From: Escherichia phage vB_EcoM_F1
Length of the DNA: 64,000 bases
Reading direction: 5' to 3' (one strand)
Sequence record: NC_054912.1
Positions within the stretch are counted from its first letter, which is position 1. Every line of letters starts with the position of its first letter. Made by a program: the position numbers and the translations under genes. This document shows positions 33,420 through 46,402 of the stretch, piece by piece. The notes below the pieces were generated by a model. It saw nothing but the letters and a program-made list of their open reading frames with translations. It did no database searches and had not been told where the DNA came from.

Positions 33420-33819
33420 TATAAATTCTCTTTTAAATGAAAATGCAGGACTTATTGGCATTGCCTGCGCAAGCCCTCAAGGGGAACATAGGTTTTTGGA
33501 TATTTAACGACCAGGATAACCATAAACCCGTCATCATACCTTATAGCTCTTATCTGTTGCACACCGTTAGCTTAAAGGTTCCGGGTTCGATTTCTCGAGG
33601 ATAAGATATATATACTGATGGATATATAGGCCTTGAGGCGTACTCCCGATTGGCCATCACCTCGGGGTAGCATGCACTTGCCGCTATAAGAATAACATTC
33701 AAGAGGTACACCGTAAAACTGCCGGGGTCTTAAAACTATAATGATTCGCAAATCATTAATCAGACAGTTCGACGGCTCCTCGATTTTAGCTCACACTAAG
33801 GCAGTGAATCTCCAATAAA

Positions 33820-34068
33820 TTACTTCAATGTTACCACAAAGTGGCGAACTGCTTTTCGTGCAGCAGAAGCCAAAGGCTTAGCATATTTAAGTTCATCTTT
33901 TTCCTGAAGCTCAGCAGCTAATGCAGTTTGAGCAGGATTCAGATGTTTGAAATAACACAGGATTTCAAGAGCTTCGGCTTCAACATCAATAGATGCGCCA
34001 TAGTTTTCGTGACCATTATTCCATGCGTTTCGTTGCAGTTCAAGAGCGTGTTGTAATTGTTTAATCAT
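33820..34068 (-). CDS. rIII: rIII lysis inhibition accessory protein
   Basis: 82 aa, MIKQLQHALELQRNAWNNGHENYG... Confidence 0.9.
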   Translation of the reverse strand: MIKQLQHALELQRNAWNNGHENYGASIDVEAEALEILCYFKHLNPAQTALAAELQEKDELKYAKPLASAARKAVRHFVVTLK

Positions 34069-34215
34069 TTAAAAATTCTCGTTAGAGATTAAAACTCGGT
34101 AGTCACGTTCTTCTGAATTTCATCTTCTTTCGACAGATCTCTCAGTTGTAGACTACCACATAGAATTGTTCGGTTAACTTATTATTCCGACACCCAATTC
34201 ATATTATTATTTATA

Positions 34216-34551
34216 TCACTTATAAAGACACGGAATAGCTTTATAGTGACAGGTAACGAATTTTTGTTTAATTTCTTTTGGCTGCTTAAGACCCAGAGCT
34301 ACAAAAGGATGCGGAACATTTCGAATTTGACCAACTGGAAGAGAAGTCAAATCACCAACTTCGCAGAAACCTTCAGGAACATCAGGACCGACAGAGTGAA
34401 CTACACACAGTTCAGGAACTTCACCTTGAACACGTTTACCGATAATAAGTCCTGATTCTGTAACTTCTTCATCACCGGCTTGTGCAGGTTCAGAAACTAA
34501 AATAACATATTCACCGACAGCACGAATTGGTAGCTGTTGTACTTCAGACAT
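34216..34551 (-). CDS. 31: gp31 co-chaperonin (GroES analogue)
   Basis: 111 aa, [39 protein letters not shown]...; MotA-type middle promoter upstream. Confidence 0.93.
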
Positions 34552-34581
34552 CGTTTTTCCTTTTTGTTAACAGATGAATTA

Positions 34582-34606
34582 ATAATAACAAATAATTCTT
34601 AAAGCA
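34582..34606 (-). promoter_or_regulatory. MotA-dependent middle promoter (gene 31)
   Basis: minus strand aaaTGCTTTA followed 12 nt later by TATTAT. Confidence 0.55.
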
Positions 34607-34607
34607 T

Positions 34608-34916
34608 TTATTTACCAATAAATTGAAGCAAATGCTCAACTTTCATACCATTAACAGAAATCAATTTGTCAATAGAAAAACCTCGCCATGCACCAAGCTC
34701 AACATCAAATATTGGAATCATATCCGTAGATTCTTTCCGAGTAGATTCAGTCAATTTACCAGTTTGCATGGTTGGCATAAAGTCTGCATCACGAGTACCT
34801 TTCATAGTACGAATAGTACCATCAGACTTTTCAAAAACTATGTTTGAAACACCCATGGACAATTTAGTTTTCAAAATTTCACGAATTGCTACTTTCTGCT
34901 CAGTTGTCAGTTTCAT
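34608..34916 (-). CDS. 31.1: hypothetical protein 31.1
   Basis: 102-aa ORF upstream of gene 31. Confidence 0.65.
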   Translation of the reverse strand: MKLTTEQKVAIREILKTKLSMGVSNIVFEKSDGTIRTMKGTRDADFMPTMQTGKLTESTRKESTDMIPIFDVELGAWRGFSIDKLISVNGMKVEHLLQFIGK

Positions 34917-35153
34917 TTATTTACCTATTACAGTTTTAATATGAGTTGTTCCACGTTCTTTAAGGGTGGAAAGTAATTTTTGGCATTTTTCTAAATCAGA
35001 TTTCCAACTATATGGTCTATCATTACAAACCCAATTTGTCTTATAATACTGTTTCCATTTAGAGAAAAAATATTTCTTATACTCTACAGCAAATGAGATG
35101 TTCTCGTTAGAATAAGAACTAATTGCTGTGAGTTGTACCAAACGAAATTTCAT
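34917..35153 (-). CDS. 31.2: hypothetical protein 31.2
   Basis: 78-aa ORF. Confidence 0.6.
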   Translation of the reverse strand: MKFRLVQLTAISSYSNENISFAVEYKKYFFSKWKQYYKTNWVCNDRPYSWKSDLEKCQKLLSTLKERGTTHIKTVIGK

Positions 35154-35734
35154 TATTCACCACAGAATTCGTTGATATTTTCCCAGTTTAACTTATTCAA
35201 GTTTTTCTTAGGAACATTAAACACTTCAATACCTGCATTTCGCAGAATATCATCCCAGCCAGGTTTATTTTTATCGTATGTTTCACAATAAACCAGCTTT
35301 TTAATTCCAGATTGAGCTATTGCTTTTGCACAATCTGGGCAAGGAGAAAGTGTTACATACATAGTAGCACCTTCAATTGAAGAACCATTTCGTGCAGCAA
35401 ACAAAATTGCATTTAGCTCAGCATGAATTTCATTTTTAGACGACCATTCAGAGTGAGCGCCGCGGTGTTCTTTCGCCAAAACAAAACGATCAGTTGAACC
35501 AAATGATACGCATTCAGGCTTATGACCTTGGATGATAGTATGTTTAGGCTTATTCAATAACCAACCTTGCTCAGCAGCATAATCACAACAGTTCACACCC
35601 CCTGCGGGTGAACCATTATACCCAGTAGAAATAATACGTCCATTCTTTTCAATTACTGCTCCTACCTTCCAGGAGCAACATTTTGATTCCTGCGATACTA
35701 AATATGCAATTTGAAGTACTGTACTCGCTTTCAT
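35153..35734 (-). CDS. cd: dCMP deaminase
   Basis: 193 aa; zinc-binding HAELNAI and PCPDCAKAI motifs of the cytidine/dCMP deaminase family. Confidence 0.95.
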   Translation of the reverse strand: MKASTVLQIAYLVSQESKCCSWKVGAVIEKNGRIISTGYNGSPAGGVNCCDYAAEQGWLLNKPKHTIIQGHKPECVSFGSTDRFVLAKEHRGAHSEWSSKNEIHAELNAILFAARNGSSIEGATMYVTLSPCPDCAKAIAQSGIKKLVYCETYDKNKPGWDDILRNAGIEVFNVPKKNLNKLNWENINEFCGE

Positions 35735-36069
35735 TTCATAATCACCAGATAAGCAGATTTAGCAGTTTCAACACGATAAATTTCGTGACGAAGTTTAGTT
35801 ATACTTTTAATAACAGAACTAATTATATTCTGCCCATCTTTAAAGCGGTTTTTCTTATCAATAAAAACTGCGCCAGTCATCTTTTTGTGAAGCTCAACTG
35901 GATACTTCGTCACAATAATAGCATCATACACAGAAGGATGAATACTATTCACCAGAGTATCATTCATTAAAGTTATTCTAATGAACTTTGCTGTTTCAGA
36001 GTCAAGCGCTCTATGATCACCAGTATCATTTTCAAGACAATTATCAATTATATCAGTTAAATTCATCAT
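35731..36069 (-). CDS. hypothetical protein (cd.1 position)
   Basis: 112-aa ORF, 4-nt overlap with cd. Confidence 0.55.
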   Translation of the reverse strand: MMNLTDIIDNCLENDTGDHRALDSETAKFIRITLMNDTLVNSIHPSVYDAIIVTKYPVELHKKMTGAVFIDKKNRFKDGQNIISSVIKSITKLRHEIYRVETAKSAYLVIMK

Positions 36070-36302
36070 AGTACGCCATACACCCTTTGTGCTTCAACTA
36101 ATCCATCAAAATCCAATTTAAGATGCGATATTTGATCGCCATCACCTGGATTCACAATTACTAATACTGAACGAGGAGTTTCGGTAATAACACGAACCGA
36201 TGTTTCAGGAAATCGTTCAGAAACCTTATTTACTAATTCCTGTGCAAATAGTTTAACTTTTTCTTGGAATTCTTTAACAGTAATCGGTTTTTCACTTAGC
36301 AT
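36066..36302 (-). CDS. hypothetical protein (cd.2 position)
   Basis: 78-aa ORF with SD GAGGA downstream of an early promoter. Confidence 0.55.
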   Translation of the reverse strand: MLSEKPITVKEFQEKVKLFAQELVNKVSERFPETSVRVITETPRSVLVIVNPGDGDQISHLKLDFDGLVEAQRVYGVL

Positions 36303-36331
36303 TTTGTTTTCCTCATTTGTTTGGTAGAGCT

Positions 36332-36361
36332 ATAATATCACAACTCTACCGTAAAGTAAAC
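36332..36361 (-). promoter_or_regulatory. sigma70-type early promoter
   Basis: minus strand GTTTACT-N17-TATTAT, enclosed by inverted repeat GGTAGAG/CTCTACC. Confidence 0.5.
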
Positions 36362-36363
36362 CA

Positions 36364-36645
36364 TTAAATTGCTTTGAATTCTGCTGTCTGTGATTCAAAA
36401 CGAATATCGCCTTTGATGACTAGCTCAGCATCAAGACCAAATACGACAATGATATGCGCGGAACCCGGATACAGCGTAATTGCAATAGAATCCACCTGGT
36501 CTGGAAGCAAAGTGTTCAATACATGAGTCACTTGAGCATGAATTCGAAGCTCGGCTGCGTTATCAAGCTTTTCAAACATATTATTAGCGATAATTTGACT
36601 AAACACTACTTCTACGATTTTAGAATAAGTCGGAAACATATTCAC
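36364..36645 (-). CDS. hypothetical protein (cd.3 position)
   Basis: 93-aa ORF. Confidence 0.5.
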   Translation of the reverse strand: MNMFPTYSKIVEVVFSQIIANNMFEKLDNAAELRIHAQVTHVLNTLLPDQVDSIAITLYPGSAHIIVVFGLDAELVIKGDIRFESQTAEFKAI

Positions 36646-36834
36646 CCCACATAATTTTCTTCAAGCCAATTAATAACATCCAACGCATTATCAAAAGTTG
36701 AACCATCTACTATGTCTTCTGTTTCATAATCAAGAATATCTAAGTCTACTCTTCCATCAACAATAGGCCATAAACAAAATAGATATTTCTTTTCTTTTTC
36801 AATTTTATCACAAAGTCGATAAATCTTTTCTATG

Positions 36835-36842
<8 letters not shown>
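36642..36842 (-). CDS. hypothetical protein (cd.4 position)
   Basis: 66-aa ORF. Confidence 0.5.
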
Positions 36843-38232
<1,390 letters not shown>

Positions 38233-38236
<4 letters not shown>

Positions 38237-38463
38237 TTATTTTTCTCAACCAATGATTGAATATAATCATGCAGGTCTTTAGATGCTTTACCCCACTTAT
38301 TTTGATATTCATTTTTGAGATTAGCACGTGATTGAGCTAATAAAACATCATTAGTTGGAGGTAAAGATTCTAACCGCTGAATCTGGCGTCCATAAATCAT
38401 TGCAGCCATCTCGGATTCATAAATCAATCCTTTGAGATGTTCAAATTGATGCCATGAAATCAT
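38233..38463 (-). CDS. hypothetical protein
   Basis: 76-aa ORF. Confidence 0.5.
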
Positions 38464-38759
38464 TTACATTTATCCTCTTTTAACTCTTGACGATAATAAC
38501 ATATCATAGTTTTCTGGTCATGTACATATCGTTTTACATCATTAAGCCAAATACGAAATTCCTGGGAATCTTCAAATGGCATACCGACCCAAGCTTTACC
38601 ATCAATAACTTTAACTTGCCAAGATAGTTTAGCTTCGTCATATGACTTTATTTGTACAGGCCAATTAGGATGAACTGTTTCTTTCTTTACTTCTAGAGGC
38701 TTTGTCGAACAACCAACTAAAAGACCAATAGATAATATTACTGCTGATAGTTTAATCAT
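38460..38759 (-). CDS. o-spanin (outer-membrane lipoprotein, Rz1-like)
   Basis: 99 aa; signal peptide with lipobox LLVGC. Confidence 0.7.
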   Translation of the reverse strand: MIKLSAVILSIGLLVGCSTKPLEVKKETVHPNWPVQIKSYDEAKLSWQVKVIDGKAWVGMPFEDSQEFRIWLNDVKRYVHDQKTMICYYRQELKEDKCK

Positions 38760-39109
38760 TTAGAAAGGTCCTGGATGTCTTCTGCGAACTTGTTGAAGGA
38801 GTTGTTGATTTGTTTTTCAACCAATCCTGGCTTATGAGCCACCACATCCGCCTTCTTTGCATCTTTGCGCAGTTTTTCATTTTCACGCTCAATAGCAGCA
38901 ATTGCCTCACGATTTTTATTATTCATCGCATCAATATAATTATACTGAATTCGCAAATTATTTAATGCTAAAGCGTTTTCATTGGCCGTTTTTGTAATTT
39001 CAGTAACTGATGTTTCTAATCTTTCTACCTTATTTTTTAAAATAATAGATGTTCCGCCAAATGCTATTACAAGTAATAGCAATCCAGCTGTAAAATTACT
39101 TACATGCAT
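38756..39109 (-). CDS. i-spanin (Rz-like, N-terminal TM helix plus coiled coil)
   Basis: 117 aa; hydrophobic N-terminus FTAGLLLLVIAFGGTSIIL followed by charged helical region; directly upstream of the o-spanin. Confidence 0.7.
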   Translation of the reverse strand: MHVSNFTAGLLLLVIAFGGTSIILKNKVERLETSVTEITKTANENALALNNLRIQYNYIDAMNNKNREAIAAIERENEKLRKDAKKADVVAHKPGLVEKQINNSFNKFAEDIQDLSK

Positions 39110-39606
39110 AAAGTTTTAATAACCTCTATAATATCGTCTTGAGAAAGACCGTTAATTAAAATATGATGTTCAGCTGGAGATTTAGAAATTTTAAAGCATG
39201 CCTCAACATCTTCTGCCATATCCGATGCACTACGGTTTGGATTACTAATACCAAGGCGGTGTTTTCCCGTCAAAGGATTAACGATGATATAGCATTTGCA
39301 GTTATTGATATGAACATTAGGTTGAGTCTGATTAATGAACACTTCACAATCATACTTAGCGAGTTGATTTTCTAAAAAGACTTTCATCTCTTCAACCGCA
39401 TCAGGAAGCATATCACGGGCTTGCTCAAGACGACGATTTCGATATTCTTTAATGGTCGTTTTCCGCTTGACTTGCTTAGCTAAATCTTTCTTAAGATCAG
39501 TGATATATCCAACTCGACGATTTCCTTTGAATACAGAAATCCCATCTGTAGTATCACCGTATGCTTCAACGACCATTTCAGTAGTAATAAGTTGTAAATC
39601 CATCAT
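39100..39606 (-). CDS. alc: Alc, inhibitor of host transcription on cytosine-containing DNA
   Basis: 168 aa, MMDLQLITTEMVVEAYGDTTDGISVFKGNRRVGY...; early promoter upstream. Confidence 0.9.
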   Translation of the reverse strand: MMDLQLITTEMVVEAYGDTTDGISVFKGNRRVGYITDLKKDLAKQVKRKTTIKEYRNRRLEQARDMLPDAVEEMKVFLENQLAKYDCEVFINQTQPNVHINNCKCYIIVNPLTGKHRLGISNPNRSASDMAEDVEACFKISKSPAEHHILINGLSQDDIIEVIKTLCM

Positions 39607-39634
39607 AAAGTCCTCATGTTATGTCAGTAAGACT

Positions 39635-39663
39635 ACTGTAACACAACACGAGGGACTTGTAAA
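39635..39663 (-). promoter_or_regulatory. sigma70-type early promoter (copy B, alc)
   Basis: minus strand GTTTACA-N17-TACAGT; 53 of 54 nt identical to copy A. Confidence 0.6.
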
Positions 39664-39667
39664 CAGC

Positions 39668-41255
<1,588 letters not shown>

Positions 41256-41282
41256 AATAAAATGGGCCTTGCGGCCCACTCC

Positions 41283-41785
41283 TTAAAAGTATTTTTTAAA
41301 ACTCATCATAACTTTATCATCAACATCATTATCAATCTGTGCAACAAGGTAAGATGACAGTTCTACTTCTTGTGGCGCGGATTGAACATTATCAGAATTA
41401 AGATATTCACGAATCCAAGGATATGGATGTTTAACCGGAGCATCGGTAATTGGACATGGAAGACCACACTGTTTCATACGAGATACAGTTAAGTAATCAA
41501 TAAAGCTCCACATGCTATTTGTATTTAATCCAGGAACATCGCCATCTTTAAATAAATGAACTGCCCAATCTTTTTCTTGGCGGTTAACTTCCATGAAAAT
41601 ATCAACTGCTTCTTGTTCACACTCTTGAGCAATTTTAACCCATTCATCGCCATCAGTGCCAAGTTGAAGTTGACGAATAATATATTGGGTGCCTTTAAGA
41701 TGAAGCTGCTCATCACGCGCAATGAACTTCATAATCTTGGCATTACCTTCCATGATTTCCATGTTCTTATGGAAGTTAAAGGTAC
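41283..41785 (-). CDS. nrdB: ribonucleotide reductase small subunit NrdB, exon 2
   Basis: encodes (C)TFNFHKNMEIMEGNAK...KKYF; joins exon 1 across a group I intron. Confidence 0.9.
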
Positions 41786-42876
41786 CGTTATGTTCGATTG
41801 AGCTCGCTAATTCTCAACCCGTTCTCTTATGAACTGCTGCATGTTACCATGCAGACCAGACTATATCACAATCCCGGAGGGATTCTCCCCATTTCGAGTC
41901 GCTTGACCCTACGTCCGAAGACTAGTCGTTGAACCTTGCTTTGCAATTGTCGCCGTGCCATCGTTTATATGTTGATGGTGATAAATCTTTCTTATCACAA
42001 TATGGACAATTCAATTGAATTCTATTTGGATTTAATTTACATCTGTCATTATGTTTTAGATAAAATCCAGGACCTTTACCAATGTGACCACAGAAATCAC
42101 ATGTAATTTCTTTTTGTGCAGGATGGGTCCCGTTCTTAACCATTTCTAATGTTTTTGCTGATGTTCTTTTCTTATGGTCTTCTGATAAGAAATGATGTGA
42201 ACCGTCATTTACCCGTTTTGATTGAGTTTCTGACTGCATTTTACCACCGCAAAATACATGAGTACCTTCTTTTATAGCTGCAATATTGCGTTCTTTAACT
42301 TTTGCAATATGCTCAGCTTGTTGAAAATTATGTATACCTAATGCAACTCTATTTAAATTAGATTTACGCTGTATTTCACCGTCTAAAAGATGAAATGTAC
42401 CATTTTCTATCTTAGATTTAATAGAGGCAATATTTTTAGCTCGTACTTCAGGGATATTAAAAATCTGGATTTCTCTAGATTTTGCGGCTTTAGAAGCTAA
42501 TTCAGAAATTTCTTCAGGAGAATATTTCATTCTAAGCTTTATAGCATGACAAGCCTGGTAATCTTTTTGAGCTAAATGTATATCATAATGTTCCTGTATA
42601 GAAAGGCACATCAAATTATCTAAATCATTATTTTCACGGTTACCGTCTTTATGATGGATTTCGTATGTTCTTCCATCAGAATCTTTAGGTATAGGTCCGT
42701 TAGCATCTATCCAAATTTTTCTATAGTTCAATTGTGCATCCTCTTAAAAGTATAATCATATTTATATTATACTAATTAAAGGTGCAAGCAAAACCTTGGC
42801 TGCTAGTTTTCCTATAAAGGACTTTCCAGCAATTAAAGGAGTTTTCGATAAACGTTACCGTTTAAAGGCGCATTTT
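41786..42876 (-). mobile_element. group I self-splicing intron in nrdB carrying an intact homing-endonuclease ORF
   Basis: exon 1 reading frame runs straight into a TAA at the 5' splice site; exon 2 is restored after a terminal G; the gap matches the T4 nrdB intron position. Confidence 0.85.
41922..42731 (-). CDS. HNH homing endonuclease, I-TevIII-like, full length
   Basis: 269 aa; HNH motif EIHHKDGNRENNDLDNLMCLSIQEHYDIH; C-terminal Cys clusters. Confidence 0.85.
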   Translation of the reverse strand: MNYRKIWIDANGPIPKDSDGRTYEIHHKDGNRENNDLDNLMCLSIQEHYDIHLAQKDYQACHAIKLRMKYSPEEISELASKAAKSREIQIFNIPEVRAKNIASIKSKIENGTFHLLDGEIQRKSNLNRVALGIHNFQQAEHIAKVKERNIAAIKEGTHVFCGGKMQSETQSKRVNDGSHHFLSEDHKKRTSAKTLEMVKNGTHPAQKEITCDFCGHIGKGPGFYLKHNDRCKLNPNRIQLNCPYCDKKDLSPSTYKRWHGDNCKARFND

Positions 42877-43552
42877 ACGCAAAAGATACATAAAAACGAA
42901 TAGCTTCCAATGCGTTGATTACATGCAAACAGAGGTAAAGAGATTTCATTAGCTCACGCTTCCAATATGTCTCATGCTCAATAGCATCTTCAATAACGTC
43001 TTCGTCTGCATTAATTTCTTTTTGGTATTCGATATCAGCTTTAGCATTTTCCCATTCACGGGTTTTAATCAGAACGTCATCATAATAGCGTCCAATGGAT
43101 TCAGCACGTTTCATAATAGCTTCATCTAATACAATCTCATCAAATACCTTTGACGGATCAGTATAAAGATTTCGCATGATATGAGTATATGAACGACTGT
43201 GAATAGTTTCACTAAAAGTCCATGTAGCAACCCATGTATCAAGACTTGGGTCTGAAATTAATGACATAAGTACAGCAGAAGGTGCACGACCCTGAATGCT
43301 ATCCAAAAGTGATTGATACTTCAGGTTGTTAGTAAAAATATTTTGCTGATACTGAGGAAGCTTATTAAATTGCGCAGCATCCATCATTAAGTTTACTTCT
43401 TCAGGACGCCAGAAAAATGATAAAGATTTCTCAGTAAGTTCTTCAAATACTCGATGCCGTTGAATATCATAACGCGCAATACCAAGACCTGAACCAAAAA
43501 ACATAGGTTCTTTTAAAACATCAACTGGGTTTGTATTAAAAACTGTGCTCAT
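42877..43552 (-). CDS. nrdB: ribonucleotide reductase small subunit NrdB, exon 1
   Basis: MSTVFNTNPVDVLKEPMFFGSGLGIARYD...RFYVSFA. Confidence 0.9.
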
Positions 43553-43603
43553 AAATTTTCCACTTAGTTAATAGATAGTGACTCGTCCGTGAGTCAAATT
43601 ATA

Positions 43604-45868
43604 TCATAATTTACAGGATGAACAATCTTCAGCTTTTGGAGTTTCTATTTCATAATCATCAGTACCAGAACCATCACGGGTATTATGATAATAGAAATTT
43701 TTTCCGCCAAAATACCAAAAATACAAAAGGTCATCAATCATTATTGACATTGGAACCTTTCCTTTTGGAAAAATCTGCGGGTCATAATATGTATTCGCTG
43801 AAGCTGATTGACATACCCATTTCAGCATAATAGCTACCTGTGTAAGATAAGGTTTATTACCTTTCTTAGCTAATTTCCACGTATAATCATATAGGTCTAT
43901 GTTATGCTCAATATTGGGCACGACTTGATTAAAGGAGCCCTCTTTTGATTCTTTAACAGAGACTGGTCCACGTGGAGGCTCGATACCGTTTGTACTGTTA
44001 GAAACTTGGGAAGATGACTCACATGGCATAAGTGCTGATAATGTGCTATTACGGATGCCAAAGAGCTTAAGGTCTTCCCGCAGCGACGACCAGTCACAAA
44101 CGTATTTTGGAGCTGCGATTTGGTCAATCTTTTTATTGTACCAGTCGATAGGTAATTCGCCTCGAGACCAACGAGTGTCTGAATAATATTCGCAAGGTCC
44201 TTTTTCTTTGGCGAGCTTGATGGATGCTTTAATGAGTCCATACTGTAATCTCTCAAATAGTTCATGTGTTAAATCGTTAGCATCTTCATAAGAAGCAAAG
44301 TTACTTGCCAGCCAAGCTGCATAGTTAGTAACACCTACACCGAGGTTACGACGCTTTTTAGCTTTTTCTGCTTCAGGAACTGGATATCCTTGGTAATCCA
44401 AAAGATTATCAAGAGCACGAACTTGGACTTCTGCCAATTCATTAATTTTATCTTGGTCTTGCCAGTCAAAATTATCCAGTACGAATGCGCTAAGGGTACA
44501 AAGCCCAATTTCAGCATCAGGGCTATTCACATCATTTGTTGGAATAGCAATTTCACAGCACAAGTTACTCTGACGAATAGGTGCCTTTTCACGAATAAAC
44601 GGAGTATAGTTATTCGTATTATCAATGAACTGCACATAAATCCTTGCTGTTCCTGAGCGTTCAGTCATGAGCAATTCAAATAGTTCACGGGCTTTAATAC
44701 GCTTTTTACGAATATTAGGGTCTTTTTCTGCTGCTTCGTATAATTCACGGAAACGGTCTTGGTCTTTAAAATAAGAATAATAAAGCTCGCCACCCATTTC
44801 ATGCGGACTGAACAAAGTAATGTAATCGTTCTTTCCGAATCGTTCCATCATCAAATCATTCAGCTGAACACCATAATCCATATGACGAATGCGGTTTTCT
44901 TCTACGCCTTTGTTATTTTTCAAAACGAGAAGATTTTCAACTTCCAAATGCCAAATAGGATAATAAGCAGTAGCAGCGCCGCCACGAATTCCACCCTGTG
45001 AACATGATTTAACTGCAGTCTGAAAATGTTTCCAAAAAGGAATAACACCAGTATGGCGTACTTCACCCATGCCAATCTTAGAACCTTCAGCACGAATCAT
45101 ACCAACGTTAATACCAATTCCAGCGCGTTTAGAGATATATTCAACAATTGAAGCGGAAGCCTTATTGATAGACTTCAATGAATCACCTGCCTCAATAACA
45201 ACACATGAACTAAACTGTCGAGTCGGAGTACGACAACCAGCCATAATAGGAGTTGGCAATGAAATCTGTCGAGTAGATACTGCTTCATAAAAACGGATAA
45301 CGTGTTTTAGTCTATCAACAGATTCATCTTGATGCAATGCCATTCCAATAGTCATAAATGCAAACTGTGGAGTTTCATAAATTTGACCAGTGGTTTTATC
45401 TTTAACTAAATATTTTTCTTTTAATTGCATCGCCCCGGAATAAGTAAATTCCATATCCCGTTCGTGCTTAATTTTTGATTCTAAAAATGTAATTTCTTCT
45501 GCTGAATATTTTGACAATAATTCAGGGTCATATTTACCTTCATTTACACAGTAAGAAATATGGTCAATAAATGAACGTGGTTCATACTGCCCGTAAACAT
45601 GCTTACGAAGAGCAAACATTAAACAGCGTGCAGCTACATATTGATAATCAGGTTCTTCAACCGAAATAGAATTCGCAGCGGCCTTAATGACAATAGTCTG
45701 AATATCATCAGTTGTCATTCCATCACGGAGATATGATTTAATATTTTCATATAATTCATAAGGATCTACTGATGTTCCTTCAGCTGCCCAAGATAAAACT
45801 TTAATAATTTTTTGCGGGTCAAAGCTCTGAGAAACACCACTACTTTTGATAACATTAATTAATTGCAT
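43604..45868 (-). CDS. nrdA: ribonucleotide reductase large subunit NrdA
   Basis: 754 aa, [25 protein letters not shown]... Confidence 0.96.
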   Translation of the reverse strand: MQLINVIKSSGVSQSFDPQKIIKVLSWAAEGTSVDPYELYENIKSYLRDGMTTDDIQTIVIKAAANSISVEEPDYQYVAARCLMFALRKHVYGQYEPRSFIDHISYCVNEGKYDPELLSKYSAEEITFLESKIKHERDMEFTYSGAMQLKEKYLVKDKTTGQIYETPQFAFMTIGMALHQDESVDRLKHVIRFYEAVSTRQISLPTPIMAGCRTPTRQFSSCVVIEAGDSLKSINKASASIVEYISKRAGIGINVGMIRAEGSKIGMGEVRHTGVIPFWKHFQTAVKSCSQGGIRGGAATAYYPIWHLEVENLLVLKNNKGVEENRIRHMDYGVQLNDLMMERFGKNDYITLFSPHEMGGELYYSYFKDQDRFRELYEAAEKDPNIRKKRIKARELFELLMTERSGTARIYVQFIDNTNNYTPFIREKAPIRQSNLCCEIAIPTNDVNSPDAEIGLCTLSAFVLDNFDWQDQDKINELAEVQVRALDNLLDYQGYPVPEAEKAKKRRNLGVGVTNYAAWLASNFASYEDANDLTHELFERLQYGLIKASIKLAKEKGPCEYYSDTRWSRGELPIDWYNKKIDQIAAPKYVCDWSSLREDLKLFGIRNSTLSALMPCESSSQVSNSTNGIEPPRGPVSVKESKEGSFNQVVPNIEHNIDLYDYTWKLAKKGNKPYLTQVAIMLKWVCQSASANTYYDPQIFPKGKVPMSIMIDDLLYFWYFGGKNFYYHNTRDGSGTDDYEIETPKAEDCSSCKL

Positions 45869-46185
45869 AAGTCCTCAACTTGAAAATCGTCTTTAAACAA
45901 TCGGTTAACTATATGAGCTATTATATCACCATGACACGGCTTTGGTTTACATGTGCATCCTAGCCTCATTCCACGTAAAGGCTCTAAATGTGCTTTAGTT
46001 ATTTCTCCGGATTTAATTCGACGTATAAAATCTTTTTTGAATAATTCAATGGCAGCCTCCCGGCTGCCAGCATCTTTACCGACGTAATTCCCCCAAAATG
46101 TACCACGGTGAATATTAACATCAAAGTCGGATTTATATTTATTCACTACCCGGCATAGACGGCCCGCGCGGTTGTAGGTGTTCAT
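45859..46185 (-). CDS. nrdA.1: hypothetical protein nrdA.1 (Cys/His motif)
   Basis: 108 aa; [12 protein letters not shown] motif. Confidence 0.6.
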   Translation of the reverse strand: MNTYNRAGRLCRVVNKYKSDFDVNIHRGTFWGNYVGKDAGSREAAIELFKKDFIRRIKSGEITKAHLEPLRGMRLGCTCKPKPCHGDIIAHIVNRLFKDDFQVEDLCN

Positions 46186-46402
46186 ATTGTTCTTCCGTTA
46201 AAACAGTAATATCGTAGTAACAGTCAGAAGAAGTTTTAACTGTAGAAATTTTATTATCAAAATACTCACGAGTCATTTTATGAGTATAATATTTTTTGCC
46301 ATAAATGATAATAGGCTGATTTGGTCCTGGAACTTCTAACTCGCTTGGGTTAGGAAGTGTAAAAAGAACGGCACCAGAAGTATCTTTAAATCGTAAAATC
46401 AT
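46139..46402 (-). CDS. nrdA.2: hypothetical protein nrdA.2
   Basis: 87-aa ORF. Confidence 0.55.
   Translation of the reverse strand: MILRFKDTSGAVLFTLPNPSELEVPGPNQPIIIYGKKYYTHKMTREYFDNKISTVKTSSDCYYDITVLTEEQYEHLQPRGPSMPGSE

Noticed and set aside
33577-33592. tRNA-like T-arm motif GGTTCCGGGTTCGATT inside the non-coding island
   Set aside because: The flanking sequence cannot form a full cloverleaf: the only acceptor-like pairing encloses about 57 nt, the T-stem is mismatched, and there is no D-arm or anticodon arm. Not called as a tRNA.
34208-34215. Minus-strand TATAAATA at the gene 31 stop as a late promoter for rIII
   Set aside because: It lies about 140 nt from the rIII start, much further than the other late promoters here; possible but not supported well enough to annotate.
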